Positions 1 through 13,399 of a DNA stretch of 64,000 nucleotides are shown here, one piece after another. Under the pieces are notes generated by a model. It was not told where the DNA came from. It searched no databases and saw only the letters and a program-made list of their open reading frames with translations. How positions within the stretch are numbered: position 1 is the first letter of the stretch; each line of letters opens with the position of its first letter. This stretch comes from Heptranchias perlo. Lineage: Eukaryota. The position numbers and the translations under genes are program-made. The stretch covers positions 992,001-1,056,000 of the forward strand of contig NW_027139666.1 in NCBI RefSeq assembly GCF_035084215.1. Direction: 5' to 3'.

Positions 1-1289
1 TTCTAGATTGAAATTCAATGGCCATTTACACGGCCGTTCTGCAAGCTGATTTTGTCGTAGTCTTCCTCGATATAGACAATATACCCGAAATTAATTACAA
101 GAATTTAAAACAGCGTTGCAAGTAGTGTTTGGTCCAACAGCTCGTCTCCAGTCCCAGTTTTTCTAAATCCCACTCGTGCAATATAATGTGAAGAATGAGT
201 TGATCTTCTGTCCCTCTCTCATCTGTAAACTTCAATGACCCGGGGTTTGGGGACATCTACTGGCCGGAATCAGAACTGCAACAGTTTCGGAACAAATTGC
301 TGAAACCGGACAATGTGCAGTGTGAGCGTGTTTGTGATTGGTGCCAGGTACTAAATCTGATTTTTTCAACCTGCCCTGTTTGTGATTGAACAGTAAACAC
401 AGTAAGGATGTGGGGAGTTATACAAAGAGCATCTATTGCAGGTATCATGTGAGAAATATGAAGGACACATTTTAAACAGCGGCTCTGTGGTTTTGGTTGA
501 ACTGTTAGCCCCATCGGAGAGGGGATTAGAAGCCTGACCTGTGCAAAGGTCCCCGCCCCATCGGGTCGTCCCATTCATGGATCAGCGAAGGTGTTGGATT
601 GTGTCTGGATGTCACTAAATGGTTGTAAAACAGCCCAACACACCTGGTGTACAGAAGCTGAGTACTGCAGTGGAGTCAGACACTGACACTGTTTGTATCA
701 CTGGTTTTCATTTGTGTATATTACAATGATTATTAACAGAGAGATTCAATTGATCACTTTTGTATTTTCTACCTCACCTGTTCTTGAGTTACAAGACTTA
801 ATTTCTCTTTCTACAGGCAAATACTTGAAGGACCCAGAATCAGTGTGATGTTTCCTCCGCAAGGAACAGTGCAGCCAGCTCCTTCTCACACACAGTATGT
901 ACATTATCACTCAGAGCACAGAGACACAGACAAGTCGTCAGTTCCACAGTCTCACACAGCAGAAATAGTCAGTACCACACTGATCCCAATCCAACAGTCA
1001 AACAGAGCAGGAGATACAGATGGAATTTCCATTTCTAAACAACTCAGTACCGCTGACCGGCAGATAAATAATTCCCAGTCCAAAATCACACCCACTATCA
1101 GATTGAAAGGCACTGTGTTAATCTCACATTAGTTCAGCATTAGCCACAAATTAAATACCAGTTAGAACTGCCACATGGGACCGATTGATAGATACAGAAT
1201 GAATCACAATAGTGTACCCCGAGATTCAAATTAAATACCAGCCCACAACTCACACACATTATGAGTTTAAAGATGCAGTATTCATGCCA

Positions 1290-3195
1290 ATAGTGTACAC
1301 TGAGATACAAATTAGATACCAGTTCAGATGTTACCCATATTTGACTCACATATATGTCCACGAACTTCATAGTGTCAGAATGAAATGTACAGTGTCAATT
1401 ACTTTACTGCAGACTGAGGTACACATTAGATACCAGTCCAAAATTCTCATACAGTATCAGATTGAAAGATACTATATCAATTCCATTAATACAGATTGAG
1501 CTGCTCATTATATACCAGTGCAAAATTCACATGCAGTATCGTACTGAAATATACAGTTTCAATTCCTTCACTGCAGACTGAGGTACACAGTAGATGCCAG
1601 TCCAAAAATCACATTCAGTGTCAGACTGAAAGACACAGTTTCGATTTGACTCGTATAGACGTTACATGCCAGTATACAAATCTCACACAGTATCAGACTG
1701 AAAGATACAGTATCAATCCCATTAGTGCAGACTGAGCGACACATCATATACTGGTCTAAAAATCTCAGTGACAGGTTGAAAGATACAGTATTAATTCCAA
1801 CAGTGCAGATTGAGCGACACATTATATATGGTCCAAAATTCGAATACAGTATCGTAATGAAAGATACAGTATCAATTTCATTACTGCAGACTGAGGTACA
1901 CATTTGTTACCAGTCCAAAATTCTCATACAGTATCAGATTGAAAGATGCATTATCAATTCCATTAGTGCAGACTGAGCTACACATTTCATACAGTCCAAA
2001 AATCACATTCAGGGTCATGCTGAAAGATACAGTATCAATCCCAGTATTGCAGACTGAGCCACACCTTACAAACCAATCTAAATATATTACACGGTATTAG
2101 ACTGAAAGGCACAGTACGAATTCCATTAGTACAGACCCAGCTACATATTGTATGCAGTCCAAAATTCGTATATACATATTATCATATTGAAACATACAGT
2201 CTGAATCCTATTAGTGTAGACGAAGCTACACATAGCAAACGATTCCAATAATTACTTCAAACTCATGCTGAAAGGTATGGCATCAATTCCATTATTGCGG
2301 ACTGAGTTATTCCTGACATACCAGTCCAAATATAGCATAAAGTGTCAGCCTGAAAGATAAAGTATCAATTCCATTAGTGCAGACTGAGCTACACAATAAA
2401 TACCAGATCAATAATTTCACGGTAAAATATTGAAATATACATTATCATTTACAATAGTCTTTCAAGAGATTAAGATGTAATCCTACACCAAACCTCACAC
2501 ATTGTTTGATTGAAACAAAATACAGAAGTGTATCCATATTTAAAAAATAATGCTAGATAAAGGACCGTGCAAACATTAATGAATTAAAGATACAGTTTCA
2601 AGTAACATGCTGTATCCTGAAATAAGAATACAGAACGAATCCAGACTTGCACTTTGTCCCAGAGACTGAGTTACAGAATGAATCCCACACTGAGATAAAA
2701 TTCCAGAGACTTCCAGTCACAGAATGAATCCCACACTCACAGGTGGCTCCAGAGACTGACAGATACAGAATGAATCCCACACTCACACACAGTACCAGAG
2801 ACTGACAGATACAGAATGAATCCCACACTCACAGACAGCACCAGAGACTGACAGATACAGAATGAATCCCACACTCAGACACAGTACCAGAGACTGACAA
2901 ATTCAGAATTGATCCCACACTCACACAAAGTACCGGAGACTGACAAATTCAGTATTAATCCTACACTCACACAAAGTACCAGAGACTGACAGGTTCAGAA
3001 TGAATCCCACACTCACACAAAGTACCAGAGACTGACAGAAACAGAATGAATCCCACACTCGCACAAAGTACCAGAGACTGACAAATTCAGAATGAATCCC
3101 ACACTCACATACAGTACCAGAGAATGAAAGATAGAGAATTAATCTCACACTCACAGACAGTACTGGAGGCTGACAGATACAGAATGAATATACAG
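1290..3195 (+). repeat. Satellite block: diverged 82-bp units, then 46-bp units
   Basis: GAAA(G/T)ATACAG recurs at 1464, 1546, 1628 (82-bp period); 46-mer GACTGACAGATACAGAATGAATCCCACACTCACACACAGTACCAGA from ~2620. Confidence 0.92.
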
Positions 3196-3569
3196 TCTGA
3201 CATCGACTGGCCGTAAGCGAGAACTCTAACAGAGTGGAACAAATTCACATTGTCTGTCGTTACAGAAACAAGACAAAGTGCAATGTGAGGAAATAGTTTC
3301 TCTCTGTAACTTCTACTCTGTTTTTTAAAAATATTTTGACAGTGAAAAATTAAGACAACTGACTCATAATAAAGTTTTTGTTTTGTTGATTCAAAAGTTG
3401 TGAATTTGCCCCATTATATTTCACTGTATATTGCGCAATATTTCTGTCTGATTTCTCAGGACATGAATTGGATTAATTCAAATAAATCGAACTAAAACAC
3501 AAATAAAAACTGAGCACAAAGCTGGAAGTTTTATTGGCGACCGTCAAAAGTGAAAGGGATAAAATAGAG

Positions 3570-3680
3570 AGAAAAAAATACCAAAAATGCTGGAAAGACT
3601 CAGCAGGTCCCGCAGCATATGTGGAGAAGGGAAGCTCGGGTTAACGGTTCAGGACTATGACCCTTCAATAGATCAGAAAG
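3570..3680 (-). mobile_element. Decayed Penelope-type pLTR/hammerhead repeat (paralogs ~27640-27750, ~49485-49597)
   Basis: AAATGCTGGAAAGACTCAGCAGGTC..GCAGCAT.TGTGGAGA...GTTAACGGTTCAGG..ATGACCCTTC; minus strand keeps stem II but the core is damaged. Confidence 0.65.
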
Positions 3681-3959
3681 GTTAATCCGACATAATTTAA
3701 ATAAGGGACGGGAATCAGCAGAGGGAAAAACTTCAGAAAATCTATTAATTTCACTGAATCCGGCAATTGTTTCCCGTATCCACTTTACAGATCAGTGTAA
3801 ATAATAATACAAAGGGAAAGAGTTAAATTCAAAGTTATGAGGGAAAGAAATTACCTTTCAAAGTATTTTTTAAATATAAATAAGACCCGTTTGTGTTTTC
3901 GAAACACTATCCCTCTGAACATCATCAAATTCGGTTCCAGTCTTGGTGATTCTGAATTC

Positions 3960-4030
3960 AGCGTGCTGGGATTCAAACCTGTTGGAATGAACTGTTTGGA
4001 AGGCAGCTCTGCTCACCATTATAGCGCCTT
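3960..4030 (-). pseudogene. Decayed tRNA-Gly(TCC) copy
   Basis: Minus strand TATAATGGTGAGCAGAGCTGCCTTCCAAACAG...GGTTTGAATCCC; acceptor stem broken; flank similar to that of 38569-38640. Confidence 0.75.
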
Positions 4031-4179
4031 ATTTCACTAGGAGGGAAAAATCGAGTGTTTCTGTGGAGTTTGGGTTTGGGGTTTCTGGTACTTGAATCAT
4101 AGACAATAAATAGTTTCCAAACATCAGCCCCTGAACAGACACAAAAAGCTGGTGGAATTTCTCATTCATAGATATTAAA

Positions 4180-4825
4180 TAAGAGGATGGCAAAAGCGAA
4201 TAGGAAGAGGTTTGGAAGAAGTCACAAAAACAATTAGGGAAGCAAACAGCAACTACGAAATCAAATTATCAAGGAATATAAAAAGAAATAGTAAATTATT
4301 CCACAGACACAAAAATAACAAAAGGAAAACCAGAATAGTTTGAGTGCCACTAAGGGATGCACAAGATAAACTCACAGGTAATGTCAGCGAAATGGCAGAA
4401 ATATTGAATTGTTACTTTGCCTCAGTATTTACCAGGGAGATTAACAGGGTAAATATGATATAGAGGAAGAGGTCAATAAATATATCAAGACATTTAAGTT
4501 AGAAAGGGTGGTTAAACTGGTCCAGATGGATTGCATCCGCACATATTAAATGAAGCAAGGGAAGAGATAGCAGAGGCACTGTTACATATATAGAAAAAAA
4601 ATCATCACAAAAACGAATAGTGCCAAAGGGAAGGATGATAGTTAATGTGATTCATATATTTTGAAACAGGAGATAGAACAAGTCCAGGGAACTATAGGCC
4701 AGTTAACAAAAGGTCGGTGGTAGGAATGATCATGGAATCTTTTACTCAATGAAGCAATCGAAAAACATCTAGAAACCGAAAATATAATAAAGAATAGTCA
4801 GCACGGATTTCAGAAAGGGAAGGTT
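4180..4825 (+). mobile_element. Old CR1 ORF2 relic (paralogs ~28260-28905, ~53940-54585)
   Basis: Broken frames giving AEILNCYFASVF, REEIAEAL, PGNYRPV, KNSQHGF. Confidence 0.85.
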
Positions 4826-4857
4826 TAACAGTTTGACAGAAGGTTTGAAAGTTTAAA

Positions 4858-5215
4858 TTACAGTTGAACATAACTTATCTGCTTTTCAATTGTATTCATC
4901 CAAAAATATACCCCAGTGCTGTGTTTGCTTTCTGTGGCCTCATCAACCTGTGTTGCTACTTTTACTGATTTGTCAATCTGTAGCCCGAAATCCCTTCGCT
5001 CTTCTACCACATTTAGACTCTTATTTTCCAAGCAGTATGTGGCCTCCTTATTCCCCCGAGCAAAATGCACCATCTCACACCTTTCTATATGGAAATTCAA
5101 TGGCCATTTACACCGCCTTTCATCAAGCTTATTAAAGTCTTCTTGTATTTTGTTGGATTCTTCGTCAGTATAGACTATACACCCTAAATTAATTACAAGA
5201 ATTTAATACAGCATG
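4858..5215 (-). mobile_element. Old CR1 ORF2 relic, opposite strand (paralogs ~28935-29285, ~54620-54960; shorter at 1-110, ~18066-18270, ~23690-23890, ~45420-45620)
   Basis: NFHIERCEMVHFARGNKEATYCLENKSL...VATQVD. Confidence 0.85.
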
Positions 5216-5272
5216 CAACCAACATTTGGTCCAACCAAATGTTTCCAATTCCCAGTTTTTCCAAATCCCACT

Positions 5273-5460
5273 CGTGCAACATAATGTGAAGAATGAGTTT
5301 ATCTTCTGTCCCTCCATCATCTGCAAACTTCAATGTCCCGGGGTTTGGGGACATCTACTGGCCGGAAGCAGAACTGCAACAGTTCGGAACAAATTGCTGA
5401 AACCGGACAATGTGCAGTGTGAGCGTGTTTGTGATTGGTGGCAGGTATTAAATCTGATTG
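5273..5460. repeat. ~190-bp conserved module with extended CTCF-like motif; 7 copies (~176-361, 5273-5460, 18332-18517, 23970-24155, 29353-29540, 45697-45883, 55021-55208)
   Basis: GTGCAATATAATGTGAAGAATGAGTTTATCTTCTGTCCC...GGGGACATCTACTGGCCGGAAGCAGAACTGCAACAG...GATTGGTGGCAGGTATTAAATCTGATT nearly invariant. Confidence 0.9.
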
Positions 5461-5590
5461 GTTTCTTCAGATATCCAATCAGAGAGTGAATGGAAAAGGT
5501 GACGTTGTATCACTACGAATGACCCAATCACAATCAATGCCTTCCCCCATCCCTCATTAGCATAGGGCTGTGGGGCTGCCTATTTAATCC
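5455..5590 (+). promoter_or_regulatory. H2B promoter: CCAAT boxes, CRE-like TGACGT, H2B-box/octamer variant CTCATTAGCAT, TATTTAA box
   Basis: CCAATC at ~5476 and ~5524, TGACGT ~5500, ATTAGCAT 5556-5563, TATTTAA 5581-5587 upstream of the ATG. Confidence 0.75.
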
Positions 5591-5640
5591 GAGTTCGGAG
5601 CGGATTTGGGTCATTCCTGGGTCTGAAATTGAGTGTGAAA

Positions 5641-6015
5641 ATGCCTGAGGACAAGAAAGCAGCTCCCAAGAAGGGCGCCAAGAAAACCTTGAGTAAAGCA
5701 CCAGCCAAGGGCGGCAAGAAGCGGAGAAAGTCGAGGAAGGAGAGTTACTCCATCTACATCTACAAAGTGATGAAGCAGGTTCACCCCGACACCGGCATCT
5801 CCTCCAAGGCCATGAGCATCATGAACTCCTTTGTGAACGATATTTTCGAGCGCATCGCGGGTGAGGCTTCCCGCCTGGCCCATTACAACAAGCGGGCGAC
5901 CATCAGCTCCCGGGAGATCCAGACCGCCGTGCGCCTGCTGCTGCCCGGGGAACTGGCCAAACACGCCGTATCGGAAGGGACGAAGGCGGTGACCAAGTAC
6001 ACCAGCTCCAAGTAA
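5641..6015 (+). CDS. H2B: Histone H2B, replication-dependent (copy 1)
   Basis: [12 protein letters not shown]...[26 protein letters not shown]...AVTKYTSSK. Intronless; true ATG at 5641; 3' stem-loop follows. Confidence 0.99.
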   Translation: MPEDKKAAPKKGAKKTLSKAPAKGGKKRRKSRKESYSIYIYKVMKQVHPDTGISSKAMSIMNSFVNDIFERIAGEASRLAHYNKRATISSREIQTAVRLLLPGELAKHAVSEGTKAVTKYTSSK

Positions 6016-6049
6016 AACTCCACAATGCACTGAAAAAAATGAACACAAA

Positions 6050-6065
6050 GGCTCTTTTAAGAGCC
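6050..6065 (+). terminator. Histone 3' stem-loop (H2B copy 1)
   Basis: GGCTCT-TTTA-AGAGCC flanked by CAAA and ACCCA. Confidence 0.97.
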
Positions 6066-6879
6066 ACCCACAGTCTCTCTGAAGACGCTGTAACGACCCC
6101 TCTGTGTAGAATCATTTTACTGTAGAATGTTTGATACTAAGTGTTTTTCTCTAACTCTTGTGCTTTTCTAATTTCTCTTGAAATCTAGTAGATTCTCATC
6201 ATCACTGCCGGTTATAATCTGTGTGTTGCTTTTTTATTTAGTCCCAATAACCAAAAACGTGTCACTGATCCTCTCGTTCTCGTTCATATTCCGACCCTTC
6301 CCGGCTACTGCCCATTAAGAGCCGTTTTAAGGGGGTGGATTCGACTTCAGTCATTTTTTTCTCATTTTCACGTTTCTTTGTTCATTATTCGGGAATATCA
6401 CTTTCAGAACCGCAATCCTTTGTAAAGCAACAGCCTTGAAAGAGTCTTCACACCGAGTACAGAATAGTCTAAAGGATCTGTTACTGTTCGACTCCTTGCA
6501 CCAGGAGTCCGGGCTCCGGTTTCGATCGCGATGCAGCTCCTGCGAACAGGGATCAATCCACAATCTGTCGTTTGTTCCTTTCACAAAGATTGAGCTGGAA
6601 TCTGTCTCGTTACAAAATGGGTCTTTATTCCCGCCCGATTGAACATGAACGGTTAATGAAGCCGGATTTTAACCGGAATGTATAAGGTTCTGGAAGTTGT
6701 GACGGGAAATGTGGAACAACAGAGTAAAAGGAGAGAGATATTTAAATTTTTGTCTTTCGCGACATTATTTACTAAATCCGATTCTTGTGTTACAGAAATA
6801 TTGGCGGGCTTTTCAAATTTCAAAAAAACGGTTCAGTTCGGTATTTTCCGTCTTTTCTCATTCGGCTATTGATTGGTGA

Positions 6880-7428
<549 letters not shown>

Positions 7429-7458
7429 AGCGGTCAAGATTTAACCTGATAACCCAAA

Positions 7459-7474
7459 GGCTCTTTTCAGAGCC
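7459..7474 (+). terminator. Histone 3' stem-loop (H2A copy 1)
   Basis: GGCTCTTTTCAGAGCC-ACCCA; downstream purine-rich GAAAGGGCTG (HDE-like). Confidence 0.97.
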
Positions 7475-8000
7475 ACCCACGGTATCTATGAAAGGGCTGG
7501 TCACTGTCTGTGTGATCAGGAATTAACTTCAAAAGGACTTGATTCCGATTCGAGAAACTAACAATAACTTGTTATGCACAAATCATCCATATCGGTCTGT
7601 TGCAGTACTCGCTTCAGGACCGCAGATATCGCCAACGTCCAATCGATTATAATTTGCAGTTTGTCTGGTGAATGAGACAAAATACCAGAACCGTTAGAAT
7701 TGCCAACTGGGCGGGTGGGATACAGAAATACCAGGGACGCTTAATATTATTTACCGTCCCATCCTCGGACAACACTGGCTCAGTCTGTGTTATTTTACCC
7801 AGATTTGGACAACGGATGCTGACTGATGTGCTGTTATTGTATCAGCGATTACTGAATTAAGAATGTGAGTGAAATTTGTGTTTGGATGTGAGTGAGGTAT
7901 TTATTCTGTCCCTGTCCGTCTGATATCTGCTCCCTCCCCTTTATACGTTTCCCATTTAAGCAAATTTCTCACGACCCTGCCATTTCAACCCAGTAGATCA

Positions 8001-8041
8001 CAGCTCTTTCCATCGCCGATTTGGTGGCTCTGAAAAGAGCC
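8001..8041 (-). terminator. Histone 3' stem-loop (8026-8041) and HDE (H3 copy 1)
   Basis: Minus strand GGCTCTTTTCAGAGCC, then GAAAGAGCTG (8001-8010), matching the U7-binding consensus. Confidence 0.97.
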
Positions 8042-8074
8042 TTTGTTGCACTTGGTGCTGAAGCCGGGTCGGAT

Positions 8075-8488
<414 letters not shown>

Positions 8489-9346
8489 CTAAACAGATCT
8501 CAACACAACCTGAGACACAGAGACTGTGAATACGGAGTGCGCTCTGGGGCCGCCTTTTAAAGCGTCTAAGGCTATCCGCCCCTGGCCTGTGATTGGCTGA
8601 GGTTTCACCCCCAGACAAGGAGGGACTGCCCCGGGACTGTGATTGGCAGGTTTGATCCGAGATCTGTCAGTCAGACCAAAACGGCGGGAGGTATTGGGTC
8701 CCAATTGGCTGAGCTGAAATTAATCTTCAATTTCAAAAAGCCCGCCAATTTCAGAGCATCTAATAACAGTTTCAAGAAAATTTCATTTCCCTCCAGCAAT
8801 TTAAGAAACTCTCTCTTTATAATCTTCGTTATTTCCTTCTCCTCATCTCAAATCTCAGGCTGTTTCACATTCCGGTTCATTCTCTGATCTGTCTGTAAAC
8901 GGGCGGGAATAAATCCCCGGTCATTGCTTTCCGTAACGGGAATTGCTTTCCAGCTTCAATTTCAAAAATCCCACCAGTTCCGGCCCGGTGAACCGCTCCT
9001 CAAACAGAAACTTCACATCGAACTGATAATTGAATGAGGGCAGGAAATAAACACATCGCAGAGAGGACACAGCGGGAGAGGGAGTGAGGAGGGATTTTAC
9101 TCTGAGCGGAGAAGGTAATGTCTGGGGAAAGACTCTGTATCACCGCCTGTTCATTTATACGGTGAAACCGGGAATTCCGCTCCTTCTCTCGGGATGGCCG
9201 AGCACCCCGGCCGTTGTTTCTGATCTCCCTGTACCGAGTGTTGGGGAATCTCCCCATACTAATTAAATATCGGAAACTGATTCCCCAGCCCGAGATCTTT
9301 CCTCTCCCCGTTCCCAGGTCAGTGCTCTCTCTGTGAGGCGGTGGGT

Positions 9347-9362
9347 GGCTCTTAGAAGAGCC
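9347..9362 (-). terminator. Histone 3' stem-loop (H4 copy 1)
   Basis: Minus strand GGCTCTTCTAAGAGCC-ACCCA, followed by AGAGAGAGCACTG. Confidence 0.96.
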
Positions 9363-9397
9363 TTTGTTTTGTGTCCGGTTAGAAAGGGTCGACTTGT

Positions 9398-9718
<321 letters not shown>

Positions 9719-9814
9719 TCACTCAAATCGCTGCTGAATGAACAGCAAACTGATGTTGGTTCCGTTTTTATGCAGCCTGCCCTGACCTGACTGAAACAGA
9801 CACAGGGTGAGAGA

Positions 9815-9897
9815 GGGAGGGGAGGAGACAAAGATAAATATTAAACAGGGAGGGGAGGAGACAGAGTGTGATATTAAACAGGGAGGGGAGGAGACAA
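9815..9897. repeat. Short tandem repeat (3 x GGGAGGGGAGGAGACA, ~33-bp period) upstream of H4 copy 1
   Basis: Three copies of gggaggggaggagaca separated by ...atattaaaca. Confidence 0.8.
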
Positions 9898-10528
9898 TCA
9901 GAGAGACGGACAGAGCGGAGAGCGGCCTCTGATCTTCCAGCTCCACCTCCAGCTTTCTCCACCCGCCAATTTCAAACCGTTTATCTATAATAGAACCGAA
10001 ACACCGCGCTCCGCACAAACCCTTACAGACTCGGGCTTCATAGAATCCCGGAGCTTTTCAATAAGCCCCGTTACAATCAATAGTCAGTAATATTCCTGCC
10101 TAAATACAGTCCCTTCGATAACAAGTCAACCCGCCTCCTTCCATTTCAGTCCCAGACCCGATTCTATCTCCCCGCACATTCCCTCCCAGACGGGTTCAGC
10201 AGTTTATAAACACTTTATTCCAGCTGATTTGAAGAATCTCATGTGTTGGGGTTTGAATTGTGATAGCTGCCGATCTCCGCCAGTTTTACCCTGTTACGGA
10301 ATGTCGCCCTGAATCTGTGAGAAAAAATGAACTGGGACTGGAGCCGAACACACGCCAGTTCCAGTGAGGCCCGGCCCGGACATCCCATTCTCTATATTTT
10401 ATTAGACATTGGGGGTCGGGCGGGGATAGCGAATGTCAGCGAGTCACCAGGACCCTGGGTTTATTTGAAATGATTTCTATCTGAAATCTGAGCCCGGCCC
10501 CGGGACAGGAATCATCTGATTCCGGGAT

Positions 10529-10569
10529 CAGCTCTTTTCTGAGAGACGTGGGTGGCTCTGAGAAGAGCC
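10529..10569 (-). terminator. Histone 3' stem-loop (10554-10569) and HDE (H1)
   Basis: Minus strand GGCTCTTCTCAGAGCC-ACCCA, then AGAAAAGAGCTG. Confidence 0.96.
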
Positions 10570-10605
10570 GTTGGGTTCAGATGGTCACAAGTTGCACTTG
10601 ATTTT

Positions 10606-11235
10606 TTACTTCTTTTTGCCCGCTGCTTTCTTAGGCTTTGCTGACTTCGGCTTGGGCTTGGCCCTCGGTTTTTCCACCTTCTTCGCCTTCGCCTTCACTG
10701 GCTTGGGGGTCTTGGGCTTCTTAGCCGCCGCTTTCTTCTTAATTGGTGATTTCGCCGCCTTTTTCGTGGTCGATTTCTTGACCGCTGGTTTCTTGACCGC
10801 TGGTTTCTTGGCCATTAATTTCTTGAGGGCTGTTTTTTTGGTCGCTGGTTTCTTTCCGGGAGATTTCTTGGTCACTTGTTTCTTCACCTTCTTTCCCACT
10901 TTTGCCTGGGTTTCCTTCTTAGCGACTCTGAAGGAGCCCGAGGCGCCCGTGCCCTTGATCTGCACCAGGGAGCCTTTTTCCACATTTCTCTTGATACTTA
11001 ATTTGATCTGGGACCGGTGCTTCTCCACATCCAGGCCTTTGGCAGCCAGAACCTTCTTTATCGCGGCCAGAGATATCCCCTTGCGATCCTTGCAATCCGC
11101 CACAATCTTGAGGATCTGTTCGCCCAACGGGGGACCGGTGGACTTGGGTCGGGGAACCGCCTTCTTCTTCTTCGGAGCCTTGAGTGGAGCGGCGGCGGCA
11201 GGAGGAGCCGTTTCGGCGGCTGCAGTGTCTGTCAT
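10606..11235 (-). CDS. H1: Linker histone H1, replication-dependent
   Basis: MTDTAAAETAPP...; globular domain with GISLAAIKK and GSLVQIKGTGASGSFR; K/A/P-rich tail with SPxK motifs; ATG at 11235; stem-loop present. Confidence 0.97.
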   Translation of the reverse strand: MTDTAAAETAPPAAAAPLKAPKKKKAVPRPKSTGPPLGEQILKIVADCKDRKGISLAAIKKVLAAKGLDVEKHRSQIKLSIKRNVEKGSLVQIKGTGASGSFRVAKKETQAKVGKKVKKQVTKKSPGKKPATKKTALKKLMAKKPAVKKPAVKKSTTKKAAKSPIKKKAAAKKPKTPKPVKAKAKKVEKPRAKPKPKSAKPKKAAGKKK

Positions 11236-11309
11236 GTCCGGGACTCTGTCGAAAATCTCTCTGACAGTCAGAGCTGGGTCAGAAATGAAACGTGAGGCGG
11301 CGGCACAGA

Positions 11310-11390
11310 GCAACTTAAAGGCACAGAGCGGACGGGGCGGAGACATCCTGCTGTCAGCTCCCGGCCCCTCCAGCCTCTCTGTGTTTCTCT
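11310..11390 (-). promoter_or_regulatory. H1 promoter with H1/AC box (AAACACA), GC box and TTTAA box
   Basis: Minus strand AAACACA 11380-11386, GC box ~11334-11340, CTTTAAG ~11313-11320. Confidence 0.7.
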
Positions 11391-13399
11391 CTCCTCTGAA
11401 ACTCCCCGATTCCAATTCAAATCGGGCACTCCAGAGTCCCAGACTAGCCCCTTCCTATATCTCACACCGGTATGTTTGCTGACGAAAAACTTTCACCGGA
11501 ATTAAAAGCACCAGTTTCGATTTAAACCCGTTTCATTGCTGCACTGATCGCGCTCTCTCACCCGATCGCTGACATGATCTCCGTTTTTCACCTGAAATCT
11601 TGAATTGATCTGAAACTTTACCTTAAATTTCCACTTCGGAGCTCGGCAGGGGAGGAGGGCGATCCTTTGACAGGGATTTTTTAAAATTTTACTCAAAAGG
11701 GACTCGGAAATCTGGCGATGAGTCCGGCCACACAAACACAGTGACATTAATCTAACCCATCCGCCCCTTTAACACACTCTCTCTGACACAATGTTCACAT
11801 CTTCACATTCACAGGACAAACTGTTCGCCAGATTGACAATTCCCGTGACAGGCTTTCCTCCCCGCTCGGCCTGTGCTGCAGATTCTCGGAGGTGAGTTGT
11901 CGTTTCCCAGCTCAGTAACTGTTAAACACTCTGAGGCCAGCGCTCCTCACAGTGTCTGGTCCCCAGATTCAGGGGCAGCAGCCAATCACAGCTGTGGATG
12001 TGATTATCCATATCTGGTTTTACATGATTATATTATTCACACTCAGCAATATGTTTGGTTATGACGATAATACAAATTATCCGCTCTGGGCTCCTCCAGT
12101 CTCTCTGTCTTTCTCTCCCTCCTCCGAAACTGACTGACAGACAACAGTGACTGGTGTCCTATCCGTCCCATTCTCAACACCCAGAGACGGCCAGTTACTG
12201 AATAAATTCAACATTCATAGGCAGTCCTGTGTCAGGCCGTTACATGCTGTTTCTCCCCACCTTTCCTTATTGGACTGGAGACTGATAAATGCACCGTCAG
12301 ACCGGCTCATACATAATAGAAGGGACAGTGACCGTCTCACCAACAGCACCGGAGGTCTGTTCACAAACACAGAATCAGTCTTTACCTTCCAACAGGGTGT
12401 TCATATTAAGCTCAATAACACTATCCCGCTTTCATGTACAGCGCTGGAGGGAGAGAAATACAGACGGACAGATAAAGAGACAGACAGAGACAGGCACACA
12501 GACAAAGTATCATTCTCACACTTCCTCTCAGTGTGTCCGTTTCACACTCAGCAAACAGTATCCCACCTTCGTGTACAGCGCCAGAGAGATACAGACAGGC
12601 AGAGTATCAGCCATACGCTTCCCATCAGTCTCTCGGTATCACGCTCAGCAGCAGTATTCCACCTTCATATGTTGTACATCAGAGAGAGAGAAACTGACCT
12701 GCAATGTCCCGTTTTCACCCAGTAACAAATTGGAAAATTCTCCATTCCAATTGCCATTCCAAGCTGGAGTGACGGAAGATGCAGTCTCATCTCTCACTGA
12801 TATTATTTCAGAGACAGACACATTATTAATCCCACTCTCAGGGACAGTGTCACGCATTTAACCCTCTCTTGCATGTTGTACCCTCTGCAATTTTGCAGCT
12901 CAGGGCCCTTCTGTATTTCTCTCAGTGACCGAGAGTTTCACTCCGATTGAAATAAACTGGGACTGTAGCCGTCAAATATTAATCCTACACGGTCCCGGCA
13001 AATACACCGACTCCCACTTTCCTCCCATGTTTCTCCAGAATTGGTTCGAGGAATCCGGCCTCCAGTTACGGAGTCACAAGTTTCTTTATCAGTAAAGGGA
13101 CCAAGAATGAACAGAACCAATTGGCTCATTTCACAGCCGCCCACTTTATCTCTGAAAGACTCTTTTCCATCAAAAGATACCGAGAGAAACAGCAGGGATG
13201 GAAACATCTCGTTTAATAGTTAGAGATTGTAAAGTCAGTCTGGATTCCAGCGTTAGGCACTGGTGGAATCCCATCTGTTTTCCATTCTGGTGCCTGTTCC
13301 TGCACTGCCTGTGGACCCCATTCCCTCTGACCTTTCCCCCAGACCCACTTCCTTTGCTCAGACTCTGAAAAATTCCAATTGGGGAAAGTTTCCATCGAT

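Noticed and set aside
5273-5460. Conserved module as a snRNA/snoRNA (e.g. U7) or small ORF
   Set aside because: No recognisable Sm site or box motifs; the ORF has a stop in several copies.
10571-11482. 303-aa ORF on the + strand
   Set aside because: Antisense shadow of the Lys/Ala/Pro-rich H1 gene.
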